Positions 40,962 through 49,487 of a stretch of DNA of 64,000 bases are shown here, one piece after another (positions within the stretch are counted from its first letter, which is position 1; every line of letters begins with the position of its first letter). The stretch is from the NCBI GenBank assembly GCA_963803135.1, contig CAWDLH010000008.1, forward strand, positions 957,732 through 1,021,731, written 5' to 3'. Source of the stretch: an uncultured Actinomycetota bacterium. GTDB taxonomy: Bacteria > Actinomycetota > Actinomycetes > Mycobacteriales > CADCTP01. A program made the position numbers and the translations under genes. The notes beneath the pieces were generated by a model that was given only the letters and a program-made list of their open reading frames with translations, had not been told where the DNA came from and ran no database searches.

Positions 40962-41887
40962 CCGCGACCGGCGACCAGCACCGCGAGCAGCGTCAGCACG
41001 ACCGCGGCGTACGTGGCAGCCCCGGGCGGTCCGGTCCGCCCGGGGCTGGCCAGGTCGATGACCACCCCGCCGGCCAGCTGCCCGGCGACGAGCAGCAGCC
41101 CGAGCCGCAGCACCCCGAGCGTGCCGACGGTCCAGATGCTCGAGGCGATGTAGGCGATGCCCAGCACGCCCCCGGCGTACAGCCAGAGCGCCGGGGGCCA
41201 CGGCGTGCCCGGGCCATTGCCGGTGCCGGCGGCGAGCACGAACGCGGGCACCAGCAGCACCATGCCGGCGGAGAAGTTCACGGTCGCGGCGAGCAGCCCC
41301 GCGCCGGTGGCTCGCTGCACCCGGCCGTTGAGCGCCTGCTGGGCCGAGGCCATCGCCCCGCCGACCGCGGCCGCGATCAGCAGCCCGAGCAGCACGCCGC
41401 TGCTGACCGCGGCCGCCCGGGCGTGCCCGATCCGCAGGATCGCCACCGCGACGACTGCGATCGCGGCGCCGGCGATCCGCCACGGCGACAGTGGCTGCGG
41501 TCCGCCCGGACCGAGCCCGATCCGGTCCACGACCAGCCCGCCGACCGCCTGGCCGGCGACCACCCCGACGGTGAACGTGGCCACCCCGACCCGCGGCACC
41601 GCCACCGAGGAGAGCACGACCAGGGTGCCGCCGGCCAGGCCGCCGAGGTAGGTCCACCACGGCAACCGGTGCTGGGTGGCCCTGACCGCGCCCCGGCGCA
41701 GCCGCGGCACCGCCGCCACCACCGCCAGGAGCACCACCAGGCCGGAGCCGAACGAGACCAGCGCGGCCCAGAACGGGGAGCCGGCCCGCTCGGCCAGCTC
41801 CCCGTTGACCCGGGTCTGCAGCCCGAACAGCGCGCCGCCGACGAACGCGACCCCGGCCGCCGGTCCCGTACGGGCGAGCAGGCTCAC
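40901..41887 (-). CDS. DMT-superfamily transporter (YdcZ/DUF606-like, duplicated 5-TM halves)
   Basis: 328 aa, about 10 TM helices. Two similar halves each contain a ...QTRVNGEL... / ...QQALNGRV... motif. GTGA overlap with the hisG stop. Confidence 0.65.
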   Translation of the reverse strand: MSLLARTGPAAGVAFVGGALFGLQTRVNGELAERAGSPFWAALVSFGSGLVVLLAVVAAVPRLRRGAVRATQHRLPWWTYLGGLAGGTLVVLSSVAVPRVGVATFTVGVVAGQAVGGLVVDRIGLGPGGPQPLSPWRIAGAAIAVVAVAILRIGHARAAAVSSGVLLGLLIAAAVGGAMASAQQALNGRVQRATGAGLLAATVNFSAGMVLLVPAFVLAAGTGNGPGTPWPPALWLYAGGVLGIAYIASSIWTVGTLGVLRLGLLLVAGQLAGGVVIDLASPGRTGPPGAATYAAVVLTLLAVLVAGRGQSRSRRVTSASATATKITR

Positions 41888-42759
41888 TCGACGATCTTGG
41901 AGATGGGCATCTCCAGGATGTCCCGGGCGCCGGCCCCCCGCAGGGCCGGGATCAGCGTGTTCACGCCCCGCTTGGGCACCACCGACTCGACTGCGCGCAT
42001 GTCCCCGGAGGCGAGCGCGGTCACCGTCGGCGACGACATCGCCGGCAGCACGGCGAGCACGTCGGCCAGCCGCTCGGCGGCCACGTTGAGCTTGACCAGT
42101 ACCTGCCCGCGGGCCCGGATCGCGCCGGACAGCAGCAGCGCGACGTCGTCCATCACCGCCCGCTTGGCCGGGTCCTCGTACGCGGCCGGGTTGGCGACCA
42201 GCTCCGTGTACGAGGTGAGCAGGGTGTCGAGGATCCGCAGCCCGTTCTTGCGCAGCGACGAGCCGGTCTCGGTGAGGTCGACGATCGCGTCGACGATGTC
42301 CGGCACCTTGGCCTCGGTCGCCCCGTACGAGGGGACGACGACGGCCTTGACCCCGTGCCGGTCGAGGTAGCGGCGGGTCAGCATCGGGAACTCGGTGGAG
42401 ATCCGGATGCCCTCGGGCAGGTCGCCCGGCCCCTGCCAGGGCGCGTCCCGCGGGACCGCGAGCACGACCCGGACCGGGTCGCTGGTGGCCTTGGAGTACT
42501 GCAGCTCGCCGAGCGAGACGACGGCCGAGTCGGTCTCGGTGATCCAGTCCCGGCCGGTGATGCCGAGGTCGAACAGGCCCTCCTCGACGTACTCGGGGAT
42601 CTCCTGCGGGCGCAGGAACCGCACCCGGTCGATCCCCGGGTGGTCGATGGAGGCGTGGTAGTCGCGCTCCGAGCCGCGCCGGACGGCGAGGTCGGCCGCG
42701 TCGAACAGGTCGAGGGTCGCCTTCTCCAGCGAGCCCTTGGGCAGCACGAGCGAGAGCAC
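41884..42759 (-). CDS. hisG: ATP phosphoribosyltransferase (long form)
   Basis: MLSLVLPKGSLEKATLDLF...RPQEIPEYVEEGLFDLGITGRDW...IVDLTETGSSLRKNGL. Confidence 0.95.
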   Translation of the reverse strand: MLSLVLPKGSLEKATLDLFDAADLAVRRGSERDYHASIDHPGIDRVRFLRPQEIPEYVEEGLFDLGITGRDWITETDSAVVSLGELQYSKATSDPVRVVLAVPRDAPWQGPGDLPEGIRISTEFPMLTRRYLDRHGVKAVVVPSYGATEAKVPDIVDAIVDLTETGSSLRKNGLRILDTLLTSYTELVANPAAYEDPAKRAVMDDVALLLSGAIRARGQVLVKLNVAAERLADVLAVLPAMSSPTVTALASGDMRAVESVVPKRGVNTLIPALRGAGARDILEMPISKIVE

Positions 42760-42783
42760 GGGGTCTCCAGGCAGGTCGAGGGG

Positions 42784-43278
42784 CTACAGCGGCGGGCGGC
42801 CCGGCCTATGTCGCAGGCCGGTGAGCACCAGCGCCGCGTCCAGCGCGGCCAGCGTCGCCTCGTAGCCCTTGTCCTCCGTGCTGCCCGGGCCACCGGCCCG
42901 CTGCACCGCCTGCTCCAGCGTGTCGCAGGTCAGCACGCCGTTGCCGACCGGGGTGCGCTCGTCCAGCGCGACCCGGGCCAGACCGTCGACCGCGGCCCGG
43001 CAGACGTGCTCGAAATGTGGCGTGCCGCCGCGGATCACCGCGCCGAGGGCCACCACCGCGTCGCACTGCCGGGCCAGCTCCTGCGCCGCGACCGGCAGCT
43101 CCAGCGCGCCGGCGACCTGGACCACGGTCGGGTCGCTGATCCCGCACCTCTCCGCGGCCAACAGCGCCCGGTCCAGCAGCACGCCGACAACCTGCGCGTT
43201 CCACCGGGTGCAGACGACGCCGAGGCGCAGGCCGGCGGCGTCGACCAGGCCCTCCTCCGGCCGGCCCTCGCCGCTCAC
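42784..43278 (-). CDS. ribH: 6,7-dimethyl-8-ribityllumazine synthase
   Basis: [15 protein letters not shown]...[12 protein letters not shown]...[19 protein letters not shown] 43278 overlaps the ribBA stop (GTGA). Confidence 0.95.
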   Translation of the reverse strand: MSGEGRPEEGLVDAAGLRLGVVCTRWNAQVVGVLLDRALLAAERCGISDPTVVQVAGALELPVAAQELARQCDAVVALGAVIRGGTPHFEHVCRAAVDGLARVALDERTPVGNGVLTCDTLEQAVQRAGGPGSTEDKGYEATLAALDAALVLTGLRHRPGRPPL

Positions 43279-44504
43279 CGCGCTCCCCGCTCGATCAGGC
43301 CGGGCAGGTCGTGGCCCATCCGGTCCCGCTTGGTCAGCAGGTACGCGGTGTTGTCCCTGGTCTGGTGCACCGGCAGCGGCACCCGGCCGAGGATGCGCAG
43401 CCCGTACCCCTCCAGGCCGGCGCGCTTGGCCGGGTTGTTGCTGAGCAGTCGCATGGTCCGCACGCCGAGGTCGACGAGGATCTGGGCCCCGGTGCCGTAG
43501 TCGCGGGCGTCGGCCGGCAGCCCGAGCCGCAGGTTCGCGTCGACGGTGTCCACCCCGCGGTCCTGCAGCTGGTACGCCTGCAGCTTGTGCAGCAGGCCGA
43601 TCCCACGGCCCTCGTGCCCGCGCACGTAGAGCACGACGCCGCGGCCTTCGGCCGCGACCGCGGCCAGCGAGGCGTCCAGCTGCGGGCCGCAATCGCAGCG
43701 CTGCGATCCGAACACGTCCCCGGTCAGGCACTCCGAGTGCACCCGGACCAGCACGTCCTCGCCGGCGCCGAGGTCCCCGAGGACCAGCGCGACGTGCTCG
43801 TGGTCGTCCAGGTCGGACGCGTACCCGAGCGCGGTGAAGACCGCGTGCCGGGTCGGCAGCCTGGCCTCGGCCACCCGGTGCACCTGCCGCTCGGTGCGCA
43901 TCCGGTACGCGACCAGGTCGGCGATGGAGATCACCGTGAGCTCGTGCGCGGCGGCGAACTCGACCAGCTCCGGCAGCCGCTTCATGCTGCCGTCGTCGTT
44001 GACCAGCTCGCCGATCGCGGCGGCCGGGCGCAGGCCGGCCAGCCGGGCCAGGTCGACAGCGGCCTCGGTGTGGCCGGGCCGGCGCAGCACGCCGCCGGAC
44101 TTGGCCCGCAGCGGGAACACGTGCCCGGGCCGGGTCAGGTCCTCGGCCCTGGTCGCCGGGTCGGCCAGCAGCCGGATCGTGCGGGCCCGCTCGGCGGCCG
44201 AGATCCCGGTGGTCACGCCCGCCCTCGCGTCGGCCGAGACCGTGTAAGCGGTCTGCTTGCGGTCCTCGTTGGTGTGGTGCATCGGCGGCAGCGACAGCCG
44301 GTCGCAGTCGGCGCCCGTCAGCGGCACGCAGAGCACGCCGCTGGTCCAGCGGACGAAGAAGCCGATCAGCTCGGCGGTGGCCCGCTCGGCGGCGATGACG
44401 AGGTCGCCCTCGTTCTCCCGGTCGGCGTCGTCCACCACCACCACCGGGCGGCCGGCGGCCACGTCGGCGATCGCCTGGTCGATGCTGGCGAACTGCCCGA
44501 TCAC
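43275..44504 (-). CDS. ribBA: Bifunctional 3,4-dihydroxy-2-butanone-4-phosphate synthase / GTP cyclohydrolase II
   Basis: [20 protein letters not shown]...[14 protein letters not shown]...[24 protein letters not shown]...EGRGIGL. Confidence 0.96.
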   Translation of the reverse strand: MIGQFASIDQAIADVAAGRPVVVVDDADRENEGDLVIAAERATAELIGFFVRWTSGVLCVPLTGADCDRLSLPPMHHTNEDRKQTAYTVSADARAGVTTGISAAERARTIRLLADPATRAEDLTRPGHVFPLRAKSGGVLRRPGHTEAAVDLARLAGLRPAAAIGELVNDDGSMKRLPELVEFAAAHELTVISIADLVAYRMRTERQVHRVAEARLPTRHAVFTALGYASDLDDHEHVALVLGDLGAGEDVLVRVHSECLTGDVFGSQRCDCGPQLDASLAAVAAEGRGVVLYVRGHEGRGIGLLHKLQAYQLQDRGVDTVDANLRLGLPADARDYGTGAQILVDLGVRTMRLLSNNPAKRAGLEGYGLRILGRVPLPVHQTRDNTAYLLTKRDRMGHDLPGLIERGAR

Positions 44505-44513
44505 GGCTCGACG

Positions 44514-45086
44514 TTACCTGCTCGACATCAGCAGCCGCTCGACGTACCTCGCCACAACGTCGATTTCGAGGTTGACCGGCTCGCCGATAGGGGTCCGGCC
44601 GAGCGTGGTGCGGGCCAGGGTGGTCGGGATCAGCGCGACCGTGAACGAGTCGGCCGCCGCCTCGACCACCGTCAGGCTGATCCCGTCGACCGCGACCGAG
44701 CCCTTCTCGACCAGGTAACGGGCCAGCTCAGGCGGGGTGCCGATGCGCACGACGGCGTCCTGGCCGCGGTCCAGGAGGACGCCGACGCCGTCGACGTGGC
44801 CCTGGACGAGGTGCCCGCCGAGCCGGGTCGCCGGCGTGGCCGCGCGCTCCAGGTTGACCGCGCTCGCCCGGCCGAGCGAGGTGCGGCCGAGGGTCTCGGC
44901 GACCACGTCGACGGTGAACGTGTCGTTGGTCACGCCGGTCACGGTCAGGCACACACCGTTGACCGCGATCGAGTCGCCCTCGCGCGCATCGCTGGTGACC
45001 AGCGGGCCGCGGATGGTCAGCTGGGTCACCTCGCCCGGCTCGCGCCCGACGATCTCCCCCAGCTCCTCGACGATGCCGGTGAACAT
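44514..45086 (-). CDS. ribE: Riboflavin synthase
   Basis: [12 protein letters not shown]...[13 protein letters not shown]...[10 protein letters not shown]...[12 protein letters not shown]. Confidence 0.95.
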   Translation of the reverse strand: MFTGIVEELGEIVGREPGEVTQLTIRGPLVTSDAREGDSIAVNGVCLTVTGVTNDTFTVDVVAETLGRTSLGRASAVNLERAATPATRLGGHLVQGHVDGVGVLLDRGQDAVVRIGTPPELARYLVEKGSVAVDGISLTVVEAAADSFTVALIPTTLARTTLGRTPIGEPVNLEIDVVARYVERLLMSSR

Positions 45087-45748
45087 CAGCCGGACGCCTT
45101 CGCGGCCAGCTCGCGCAGCTCGCGGACGGCGCGGTCGGGGTCAGCGGCGTGGTAGACGGTCGAACCGGTGACGAACACGTCCGCGCCGGCCTCGGCCGCG
45201 GCGACGATCGTGTCGGCGTTGATCCCGCCGTCGACCTCGATCGCCAGCCGGAGGTGGCCGGACTCGACCCGGCGGCGGGCCTCGCGCACCTTCGGCAGCA
45301 CGTCGGCGATGAACTCCTGGCCGCCGAAGCCGGGCTCGACGGTCATCACCAGCAGGGTGTCGTAGCCGCGCAGCAGCTCGAGGTAGGGCTCCAGCGGGGT
45401 GCCGGGCTTGATCGCCAGGCCGGCGAGGGCGCCGGCCGCGCGCAGGTCGCGGGCCACCATGGCCGGGTCGGCGGCCGCCTCGGCGTGCACGGTCACGTTG
45501 CGCGCGCCGGCTTCGGCGTACGGCGGGGCCCACCGGTCCGGGTCGTCGATCATGAGGTGGCAGTCGAGCGGGAGGTCGGTGGCCTTCCGCAGCGCCTGCA
45601 CGACCGGCAGTCCGATCGTGAGGTTGGGCACGAAGTGGTTGTCCATCACGTCGACGTGCAGCCAGTCGGCGCCGGGGACGGCGGCCGCGGCCTCCGCCAG
45701 CCGGGCGAAGTCCGCCGCCAGGAGGCTCGGGGCGATCCGGGGCTGCAC
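45086..45748 (-). CDS. rpe: Ribulose-phosphate 3-epimerase
   Basis: [13 protein letters not shown]...[15 protein letters not shown]...DCHLMI...[11 protein letters not shown]. The stop overlaps the ribE ATG by 1 nt (TGATG). Confidence 0.96.
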   Translation of the reverse strand: MQPRIAPSLLAADFARLAEAAAAVPGADWLHVDVMDNHFVPNLTIGLPVVQALRKATDLPLDCHLMIDDPDRWAPPYAEAGARNVTVHAEAAADPAMVARDLRAAGALAGLAIKPGTPLEPYLELLRGYDTLLVMTVEPGFGGQEFIADVLPKVREARRRVESGHLRLAIEVDGGINADTIVAAAEAGADVFVTGSTVYHAADPDRAVRELRELAAKASG

Positions 45749-45846
45749 CCGGCCAGCCTATCGGCGCGGTCCGGGGTCACCGCCGCCGGAGCAGGGCGCA
45801 GAACATCGCGTCGGTGCCGTGCCGGTGCGGCCAGAGCTGGACCGCC

Positions 45847-45990
45847 GGGCCGTCCGTCAGGCCGTCCGCCGGGCTGTCCGCCGGGCTGTCCGTCGGGCTG
45901 TCCGCCGGGCTGTCCGCCGGGCTGTCCGCCGGGCTGTCCGCGAGGCTGTCCGCGGGGCTGTCCGCGGGGCTGTCTGCCGGGCCGTCCGCC
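45847..45990. repeat. 12-nt tandem repeat x12 inside the rsmB 3' region (in frame; encodes (A/T)DSP)
   Basis: GGGCTGTCCGCC and close variants run head-to-tail. The minus-strand translation is ADGPADSPADSPADSLADSPADSPADSPADSPTDSPADSPADGLTDGP. Confidence 0.9.
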
Positions 45991-46410
45991 GGGAAGTAGG
46001 GGCGGGCGTCGAGCAGGTCGGCGGTGCCGTCGGCGAGCACCTCGGTGACCGCGTCGCGGGTCTCGGCCAGGTGCGGGGAGCAGACCACGTACGCGACCAC
46101 GCCGCCCGGGCGGGCCGCCTCGATGCCGCGGCGCAGCAGGGTCCGCTGGGTCCGGGTCAGCTCGGGCAGGTCGTCGGCCGTGCGCCGCCAGCGGGCCTCG
46201 GGGCGGCGGCGGAGTGCGCCCAGCCCGGTGCAGGGCGCGTCGACCAGCACCCGGTCGGCCCAACCCGGCCGCCACGGCGGCGCGGTCCCGTCGGCCCGCA
46301 CCACGTCCACCGGCAAGCCCGCGGTCGTCGCCGCGACCAGTCGAGCCCGGTGCGCCGCGATCTCCACGGCGATCACCCGGGCCGGCGACGCCGCCGGCAC
46401 GCGCCCGCCG

Positions 46411-46520
46411 CCGGGCCACCCGCGCCCGCCGCCGCCGCGCCGTCCGCGGCCGCCGGGCCACCCGCGCCCGCGGCCGCCGCGCCACCCGCGCCCGCGGCCG
46501 CCGCGCCGTCCGCGGCCGCC
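46411..46520. repeat. 24-nt and 18-nt interleaved GC repeats inside the rsmB insertion
   Basis: CCACCCGCGCCCGC(C/G)GCCGCCGCG occurs x3 (46417, 46459, 46483) and CCGTCCGCGGCCGCCG.. x2 (46441, 46507). They encode an Ala/Gly-rich peptide (AAADGAAAAGAGG...). Confidence 0.8.
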
Positions 46521-47529
46521 GCCGTCGAGCCACCCGCGGCCGCCGACTCGACCAAGCCGGTCGCCGTCGGGACCCCGCCGCGGGTCGCGGTCGGAGCCGG
46601 GCCGTCCGCCCGGCCGACCGCGCGCAGCAGAGCGAGGGCGCCGAGGAGGGCGGCCTTGCCACCGGGGCCGGCGCAGAGGTCGAGCCAGCGGGTGTCCGGC
46701 CCGTCGAGCGGGACCCGGGTCAGCGCCAGCGCGCACAGCTGGCTGCCCTCGTCCTGCACGCCGGCCCGCCCGTCCCGGACCGCGGCCAGCGCGCCCGGGT
46801 CGCCGCCGGCCGGCAGCCGCACCGCGTACGGCGACCAGGGCCCGGGCTCGCCGCCGGCCTCCGCGGCCAGCTGGTCCCGCTCGACCCGGCCGGGCCGGGC
46901 CACCAGGTGGGTCTGCGGCCGGGCGTCGTCGGCGGCCAGCGCCGCCTCGGTCTCGGCGAGGTCCCCGCCCAGCGCGTCGGCGAACGCGGCCGCGATCCAG
47001 CGCGGGTGCGCGTGCCGCAGCGCCATCCGGCCGAGCTCGTCCGGCGGCGCGACCTCCGCCACCCACGCGTCCCAGTCCTGCCGGGCCAGCCGGCGCAGCA
47101 CCGCGTTGACGAACCCGGCCGCCCGCCGCGGGGCGAGGTCCACGGTGGCCGAGACAGCGGCGTGCGCGGGCACCCGGGTCCGCAGCAGCTGGTACGCGCC
47201 GAGTCGCAGCGCGGCCCGCGCGGCCGCGTCCATCGCCGCGACCGGCCGGTCGGCGCACCGGGCCAGGAACTCGTCCAGCGCGCCGGCCGCGCGCAGCGTG
47301 CCGTAGCCGAGCTCGGTCGCGAAGGCCGCGTCCCGGCCGGTCAGGCCGCGTTCGCGCAGCAGCGCCGGCAGGGTCAGGTTGGCGTACGCGTCCCGCTCGT
47401 CGACGGCGCGCAGCAGGTCGTAGGCGACCCGCCGGGCCGGGTCGGCCTCCCGCCGCGGCGCCGGGCGGGCCGGTCCGGGCCGCCGCCCCGCCGGTCCGCC
47501 ACCGCGCCGCCGCGGCGGCGGCCGGCCGG

Positions 47530-47781
47530 TCACGCCCGCCTCGCCGGGCCGGTCGCCGGCGCCGACCGGGCCAGCGCGGCGGGCCACGTCCGCGCCAGCC
47601 CGACGGGCGTCAGACCAGGCCGCCGGTCCGCCGCGACCGGCCTCGGGCCGGGCGGCCGCTCCGGCGCGGTGGGCGTCAAGCCAGACCACCGCTGTTCCGC
47701 CGCGACGGGCGCCGGGCGGGGCCGCCGCTCCGGCGCGACGGGCGTCAGACCGGGCCGCCGCTCCGGCGCGGTGGGCGTCAT
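47530..47781 (-). CDS. 83-codon Pro/Arg-rich repeat ORF bridging fmt and rsmB (independent small protein, or out-of-frame N-terminal extension of RsmB)
   Basis: The ATG overlaps the fmt stop (ATGA) and the TGA overlaps the rsmB GTG (GTGA). Translation is [21 protein letters not shown]...[11 protein letters not shown]...[11 protein letters not shown]... Nearly all codons end in G/C. Confidence 0.35.
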   Translation of the reverse strand: MTPTAPERRPGLTPVAPERRPRPAPVAAEQRWSGLTPTAPERPPGPRPVAADRRPGLTPVGLARTWPAALARSAPATGPARRA

Positions 47782-48734
47782 GCGGTGCCGCCGGCGGCGG
47801 GCGCGACGGCCCCGAGGTGCGCGCCGGGGGCGGGGCGGGCGCCGCGGGCCCAGTCGGCCGCCGGCATGGGCCGCTTGCCCGGTCCCTGCACGTCGCCCAG
47901 CTCGACCGGCGCGGTCGCAGTGCCGACCAGCACCCGGCGCCGGTCCACCAGCAGCTCGCCCGCCGGCAGCGCCGGCCCGTCCGGCACCGGCAGCACCGGG
48001 CCGAGCTTGAGCCGGTCGGGGCCGTACGTGGTCCACGCGCCGGGCGCGGGCGTGCAGGCCCGGACCAGCCGGTCGACCCGGATCGCCGGCGCCGACCAGT
48101 CGACCTCCGCGTCCTCGACCGTGACCTTGGGCGCCACGGACACCCCGTCGGCGGGTTGCGGCACCGCCACCACCGTGCCGTCCTCGATCCCGTCCATCGT
48201 GCGCACGAGCAGGTCGGCCCCGCTGCGGCTGAGCCGCTCGAGCAGGTCGCCGGCGGTGTCCCGGGGGCGGACCGGCTCGGTGACCACGCCGTAGACCGGG
48301 CCGGTGTCCAGGCCCTCCTCGATCTGGAACGTCGACGCGCCGGTGACCTCGTCACCGTGCAGCAGCGCGGCCTGCACCGGCGCGGCCCCGCGCCAGGCCG
48401 GCAGCAGCGAGAAGTGCAGGTTGACCCAGCCGTGCCGGGGGATGTCGAGTGCGGCCCGCGGGATCAACGCCCCGTACGCGACGACCGGGGAGCAGTCCGG
48501 CTCGAGCGCGGCCAGCGCAGCCAGGAAGTCGGGCTCCCGCGGGCGGGCCGGCGCCAGCACCGGGATCCCGGCCCCGGCGGCGAGCACCGCGACCGGCGAG
48601 CGCCGCTCGTGCCGCCCGCGGCCGGCCGGCGCGTCCGGGCGGGTCACCACCGCGACCACCTCGTGCCGGGAGTCCAGCAGCGCGCGCAGCGGCGGCAGCG
48701 CGACGGCCGGGGTGCCGGCGAAGACGACCCTCAG
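47778..48734 (-). CDS. fmt: Methionyl-tRNA formyltransferase (probable CTG start)
   Basis: The conserved N-terminus [33 protein letters not shown] lies upstream of the track's GTG 48659. Between the upstream in-frame TAG and that GTG the only start-like codons are CTG (48734, 48833). The body matches Fmt ([21 protein letters not shown]). Confidence 0.93.
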   Translation of the reverse strand: MRVVFAGTPAVALPPLRALLDSRHEVVAVVTRPDAPAGRGRHERRSPVAVLAAGAGIPVLAPARPREPDFLAALAALEPDCSPVVAYGALIPRAALDIPRHGWVNLHFSLLPAWRGAAPVQAALLHGDEVTGASTFQIEEGLDTGPVYGVVTEPVRPRDTAGDLLERLSRSGADLLVRTMDGIEDGTVVAVPQPADGVSVAPKVTVEDAEVDWSAPAIRVDRLVRACTPAPGAWTTYGPDRLKLGPVLPVPDGPALPAGELLVDRRRVLVGTATAPVELGDVQGPGKRPMPAADWARGARPAPGAHLGAVAPAAGGTA

Positions 48735-48911
48735 CGCGCCCGCCCCGGCGTCGGCTGCGTGCGCAGCACGGAGTTGCCGGACAGTCCGGTCGGCTGCTCG
48801 GCCACGGGCGGCTCTCCAGGTCTCGCGGGGCAGGACCCCGCCACTCTACTGAGTGGGCCGTCCCGCCCAACCATCCGGCGGCGCCGGCGATCGGGCGGCC
48901 CGGCCGGGCGG

Positions 48912-49184
48912 TCAGGCGATCCTGACCACCTCCGAGTCGGCGTCGGGACTGGCATCGTCGGCCGCGGCCGGCCGCGGCGCGGGGTGCTCGACCAGCGCCA
49001 GCACGCGGCTGGCCATGAACCGAGCGGTCCGCACGGCGGTCCCGCCGCGGGTCACCTCCGTCACCTCGACCAGCCCGCGGCCGGTGCGGATGTCCACCCG
49101 CCGGCCCGCCCTGGTCGCCGTGACCTCGTACGTCTTCGTGTCGCCACCGGCGTCGATGACGATCTCCACCTTGTCGCCCTTCAT
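48912..49184 (-). CDS. Hypothetical 90-aa protein
   Basis: MKGDKVEIVIDAGGDTKTYEVTATRAGRRVDIRTGRGLVEVTEVTRGGTAVRTARFMASRVLALVEHP... Strong G/C third-position bias and non-repetitive. Start is ATG 49184, or GTG 49205 inside the palindromes. Confidence 0.6.
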   Translation of the reverse strand: MKGDKVEIVIDAGGDTKTYEVTATRAGRRVDIRTGRGLVEVTEVTRGGTAVRTARFMASRVLALVEHPAPRPAAADDASPDADSEVVRIA

Positions 49185-49195
49185 ACTCAGGTAAC

Positions 49196-49213
49196 GTTCG
49201 AACACGTTCGAAC
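49196..49213. promoter_or_regulatory. Twin 8-bp palindromes GTTCGAAC-AC-GTTCGAAC just upstream of the 90-aa ORF
   Basis: Perfect palindromes at 49196-49203 and 49206-49213 (10-bp phasing) in a local low-GC patch, 12 nt from ATG 49184. Confidence 0.4.
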
Positions 49214-49487
49214 ACTCCCGGCAGCGGCAACAGTTTCCGCAGGTCCGGACACCATTGAGGTGACTGTGGACCTTCCGGACGCGGCGTTGGGGGGCCCTCG
49301 CCGCGGCCGGCCGACGACAGCCTGCGGCCCTGGCTGCTGGCGGTCGCCACCACGCGGTCCGGTCCGACCGCCGCTCGCTCGGCCGCCGGCTGCGGCTGTC
49401 GAGCAGGCCGGCCGAGCTCCCGGCGGCTGAAGCCGGCGATCGTCGCGTACGACGCGGGCGGGCACGTGGTGCGCGGGCAGCGGCCGG

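Larger units (their letters stand above)
45777..47533 (-). pseudogene. rsmB: 16S rRNA m5C methyltransferase RsmB/Sun with apparent frameshift and repeat insertions (real pseudogene or assembly indel)
   Basis: The N-terminal NusB-like part and motif I (VAYDLLRAVDERDAYANL...DLCAGPGGKAALLGALA) are in the frame that stops at 46373. The remainder (ARVIAVEIAAHRARL...VDAPCTGLGALRRRPE...VAYVVCSPHLAE...WPHRHGTDAMFCALLRR) is in the neighbouring frame that stops at 45777. Confidence 0.85.

Noticed and set aside
49206-49487. A 280-nt spacer between priA and the 90-aa ORF with one frame showing coding-like G/C3 (...LKPAIVAYDAGGHVV...).
   Set aside because: No start/stop structure and no recognisable motif. 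It could be a gene remnant but cannot be supported from sequence alone.
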